Source: Takakia lepidozioides (lineage: Eukaryota; Plantae; Bryophyta). Taken from it: a DNA stretch of 64,000 nucleotides. The notes under the pieces are model-generated. The model was not told the origin of the DNA, did no database searches, and was given only the letters and a program-made list of their open reading frames with translations. Positions 59,151 to 64,000 of the stretch are shown here, one piece after another; within the stretch, counting starts at the first letter, position 1; each line of letters begins with the position of its first letter. The DNA lies in contig CM060731.1 in assembly GCA_030704615.1 (NCBI GenBank), positions 52,514,001 through 52,578,000 of the forward strand, in the 5' to 3' direction. The translations under genes and the position numbers were made by a program.

Positions 59151-61489
59151 GCATGCCTTATGTTTGATTTTCTTATGTGTGTTTGCTGCTTTTAATGTTG
59201 AGTGCTTGTTTCCCGTGTGTTCCTCAAAGCAGTGTTCCAACAATGTGGTCCCGTGTCATTGTATGCATGGAGTAGCGGTTTCTCTTTGTACTGAGTTGCA
59301 ATGTCTGTATTTCGTGTTTATGTGTGCTCTGAGTGGATGTGTAACTGATTGCCTGTATTTGATGTACTACTGTTTCGGTGTGGTTACGTTTTTTCCATGG
59401 TGCTTGTGGTTGTAGAGCAAACACAGTACCGTCATACCAGTCTAGAATATATATTACTGCATGTATGTTCTTCTAATGATAGTGGTAGGAGTTTCAGTAT
59501 AATGACATACATCCTCGCTTCAAGGTTAGAATGTGTTAGTGGGAGACAAAGTAGGTTGTTCAAATCAGACCTCATCAGTGTAGTTGATTTCACTGCACTT
59601 AATGTACCCCACTTGTATGCCTTGCCTTAATGTCTTTAGTGGCCTTCCTACTTGATGGGCAATGTCTTTATAAATGTGGAAACAACGAAGCTAGGTGGGC
59701 ACTCACTCCTGGTTGCCTTTGTGCAGGAAGTCGTATTGAAAGTTCAAAGCAATCCACAACCTATTCCTCTTTACTTAACATGTTTCCATTCACAAATTGA
59801 ATTGTGTTGCAAGAGGGATAAATGATGTAGTATATGGATCAGACTCTGGTTGTGCAAATCATAAGGGTTTTGTATGATATTAAACTCTCCTGGAGGTCAT
59901 GTACTTATTACCCAGCAGAATATCTTTACCTGAATTTGTCAAACTGCTCCATGCACCTGATGACAAACTGGTTACAGAGAATTGTTGTTCTGACATTGAG
60001 AAAAAGAATGTTATTGTAGACAAAAAGAAACGTTGACACCGATCGCGTATATGATGCAAAATTATCTCAAATGATACCAGATTGCTCTTGTATGTAATGG
60101 CAGTGCATAAACCAGTCATTTACCTATATTATACCAGTCCAACATTGGTTTCAACCTTAAGCAATATTGGAATGTTATAGTCGTTCACTTATATAACTGT
60201 CGAACAGTACTTCCAAAAGTGAAATGCCTAGATGTGTTCATACACATTTGTTCAGTGTCCCTCCCTGTCACACCTGGGAAGCATGTATCACCGCACCATG
60301 CTTTTGAAACCTCATCTGTATTGTATGTGATATTGGCAGGAACATGAACACATGAGGCAATGAACACGTACACTGGACCCTTAACAGACTTCACACACTG
60401 AATACCATGACGAGCAAATGTAGGAAGGCGGTGCGACGGACTGCACACACTGCATATAATGAGCTGAAGGCTCAAAAGCTCATATCCCCTCTTCAAAGTG
60501 TTTGTATGTGGCCCATATGAGTAATATCATGTGGCCGTGCACACTGTATCCCTATTTGGGGGTGCATTAATGTCTTCCTCCAAATTTGCACATATTCCAG
60601 TGCATGGTGGTTGTGTATACAGTTCAGTATAGGCCTTCACATGGATGTCATTCTGGACAATGGGTGCTGAATAATTTCCAACAAGAACAAAATGTCTGGC
60701 GGATGTATGGATAGAAGGAGGTGTTCGGCCTTCAAGAAACCATCTTCAGCCTTGTGCATAAACCTGAAGTGCCCGCTGCACCTTCCCCCCCACATTCCAA
60801 CATATTGCGAGCTGGTTTTGTGACAGTAGTGATACTTCCATGATGCACTCGGCAACAATGTAGGCATGGTGGGAGCACATTGGCATTGTATGGGATGATA
60901 ACAATGCCAAAACTGGTGATGTCATAGTGTGCAATAGTATAAAAGTGGCCTCTTCCCACAACTAAAGTCATGCATTGTGTACACAGTAAAGTACAAGATG
61001 GGCATACCTTGTCAGTAATTAGAACTAGTACAGAGACCTTTTTGATATGGACGACCAAGGAAATCAAGGTCAATCTGTAAGAGCAATCAGATTACAAGCC
61101 TCATTGAATAAAACAAGCCCTTGGTAAGCTACCTTCTCGATCCTGAGCTAATTTTTTACACTTAGGGCGAGTGAGTGCATGCTGACATGTGTAACATGCC
61201 TACAACAGGAAAGGTTCATCACTCTCAAACAGGTGCAACCACTGGCAATTGCTGCCACCCCGACATTGCCGATGTTCTGAGACCTGCCAGTTCACCCAAC
61301 CACTTTGTCAAAACTCTATCACCGGCCCCCTTCTTGCAAGTGTGTTAGCCAGTATACTGTGCACTGCCCATATATTGTGATACTGAACACCGAACCACTT
61401 GTTCCAGAACAACTTTAAAACTGAGGGGAATTTACAAAAAGATTTGTCTCCTCCATGTAGCAAAAGGTTTTGGCGATGCTTGGAAGTGT

Positions 61490-62300
61490 GGCCACCAACC
61501 TATATACATCATGCTCTCGTAGGTTGCAGCAACTGCCCCTAATGTATGCAAGTCCCTCATGGGTTTACACAGAAGCCCAACTTCAGAAACCTAAGGGCTG
61601 TGTGTCTTGCAATTGACTTCAATCCTGCAACATACAGATATAATCAAAAGAGGAGGTCAAGTACCTAATTTGCTGCTATGTATAGGATGGAACCATCATG
61701 CTGAAAACTGACAGGGAAGCCTATTCAGATCACTTAGCATGAAGTAAATGAGACACTCAAGATCTCTTCCAATGCCCAATAGCTGAAGCCCTGGACACAT
61801 TTCACTATTTCTGATCCCGTGTTTTCTCAATTTCATGGCTTTTGCAATCCACTATCCTGTTGTCACACACAATGGCTCCAATGAGACAGTAGGACAAACG
61901 TCCCATTGGACATCATCGATATTGCTATATGTGAAATCAAGCTCTTACAGACAAGGGCATTCTTTGCATAACCAGGACAGGCCGAGTTGTGAGATAAGGC
62001 CACAAGCTTCCATCTTGAGGCTCAGAAGACCCTTGCAGGTTGATGCGATTGCTACCAAACTATCTGAGTGTTCTATCTATGAGGTCACGGCAGCAAGTGA
62101 GATCCAAATTGTGCAGACCTGTGCAGCCCACCACAAAGACATGTGTTGCCAGTGTCTGATCTGCCACGACACTTGCTCACACTTTCTCTTTCAATGCGTT
62201 ACAACCTTTGCCTATGAACTCAAGGCCAAGCCCAGAAATGTCATAGCCATCCAGCCTTATTCCTTGTAGCCACCTTAGGCGCTTCTGGAAACTTGTTTCC
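61490..62300 (-). pseudogene. F-box/LRR-repeat protein 3-like pseudogene fragment
   Basis: LQGIRLDGYDISGLGLEFIGKGCNALKE, LLSLKMEACGLISQLGL..CKECPCL*ELDF and CCNLREHDVYR resemble plant FBL3 LRRs; stops and frameshifts. Confidence 0.55.
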
Positions 62301-64000
62301 TGACTATCTCCATGGCCTCCAAAGGCCAAACATACTACCCACACGACCTTCGTTGAGTTCTGGATCCACTGTTCAGACGTTTCCTTTGGATATTTTCGAA
62401 TTGCTGCCTCAACCCCGAGGGCAAGTGATAAAAGAGGCCGGCGAGAGCAACAGTGTTGCAAGAAAAAAGACAATATATATAGTGAATCCTAAAGACAAAA
62501 TGAGGAAGAACTTCTAAGAGAATCTGAAGAGAATGCCAATAACAGGGAAATGATAAAAATGAGAACTTTGAATGCGCACATTGGGAAGGCTACTTCATGG
62601 TGTGCAGTAGAAAGAAAACACAAGGGGGACAACAGGAGCAAAGAGTTACGGTGGTGACAACCTGTGAAAGCACTTCGATGGAGGGAACGTCTGAGTTGTC
62701 CTCTATAGTTTACAGACTGTGGGCGATGAAGATGACTGAGCAAGCGACATGAATACTGAAGCAAAACGTTTCGTATGCGAAGCGTCCCCTTCCGCTTGTT
62801 TGTACGCACTGGCGAGAACACAATTTCGGAGACAGAGAATGAGGGGACGAAGATGTTGGGGCAGGTGGTCAATCACCTGGATAACAACAATCATCCTCTA
62901 AATGACGTCCATTCCTTTTGGAGGTACATTGAATGTTGTTTCAAATTTCAAATTTGAATGTTCACAGTTTCTAATATGAGAGTATGAGGAGCCATGTTCA
63001 CACATACATGACTGTATGATGGCAAAGTCATGATGTGATGGATGTACTTCTTGCATTCATGGGGCATGCATGATGGATGCATGCATTACAATAATACTGA
63101 CTTCAATGAGTGGCAGTATTTTTGCGAGCAAGGGACGGGCGCGGGGGCGGCAGGTGGAGCGGGAGTCGGGGTGCCTGGCGTGGCAACTGCGGTCTGCGGC
63201 GCTGCCACGAGGGGGGGGGGGCGAGGCGGAGGGCGGGGGTGGGGCCACGCAGGCAGGCCCGCTGAGGCAACATTCAATTCCCGGGCCTCATTTATCACTT
63301 GCCGCGAGCCAGTTTTGGCGAGCTAGACCATGGATGGAGTGGGGCGCGGGCCTCACATGTATGGCTAGGGGTGGAGCCTCGGGAGGTGCGCAAGTGGGTA
63401 CCAAGGAGCCACAGTCATTACAACATGGCTACTGAAAATTCGCGGACCAATTTTATTAGATTTTCACTCCACCATTAGCATGTACGGATATGGTGTGTCT
63501 CCTTGATAGAAGAATGCCGGTATTGCTGATTTAATAATGAATTTCATTGACAAGTTCTAGGGGAAGAGGAATAGATATTAAATTCCATATACATATTTGA
63601 AAGAACCAATGACAGGAAGAATCAATATAATCTTTTCTCTATAATAAAGTAAATAAGTGCATCCAAATTAAAATCACAGTGATCTCTCTATTCTATTTGT
63701 TCAAGATTCAACGTCATCTCACCATTCTGTCTTTTCCTTTGTAATTGATACCATTTCCCTATCCCACTCCCTGCAATCCACTATCCCTCTAAACATCCCC
63801 CCCCCACTTCTCTAACCCCCATGCGAATCTGATGTTGGTCTTTACCAGGCAAACCCTTAGGACCCTTTAGGGTTTAGAAACCAGAACTTCTATCCCCTCT
63901 GGTTCAAATATGGCTGGCAAACAATACCTTCGTTTGGATTTGGGGCGTCCGCTAGCAGAGCTGGACATAGACCCGATGGAATGGTCTTGGAAATTTCCGA

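Overview
Eukaryotic nuclear DNA, most likely from a non-seed land plant (inferred from the PLS-DYW PPR and transposon content). 1-17.7 kb is genic: an EMC3 pseudogene fragment, two convergent PLS-class PPR RNA-editing-factor genes (each with spliced N-terminal exons encoding an OSB-type PDF motif, and a decayed E/DYW tail), an intact 4-exon fibrillin (FBN9/PAP11-like) gene and a degenerate PPR pseudogene. 17.7-58.7 kb is a nest of transposons. It holds three copies (two subfamilies) of an unusual Ty3/Gypsy family, CACTA-like remnants, LINE 3' fragments and foldback-type repeats. An F-box/LRR pseudogene lies near the end. Main discovery: the Gypsy family has circularly permuted (split) LTRs. 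The LTR defined by reverse transcription signals (PPT to PBS) is B-gc-A, but integrated copies read A-internal-B-A-B or A-internal-B. Every visible end falls exactly at an internal palindrome GACA^GC^TGTC, and the two complete copies have 4-bp TSDs. This suggests a DDE integrase cutting and integrating at an internal att site, probably from LTR circles. The family also appears to self-prime (12-nt PBS complementary to its own LTR, with compensatory changes). Copy 1 carries a C5 DNA methyltransferase domain between protease and RT, and the integrase ends in a PHD finger.
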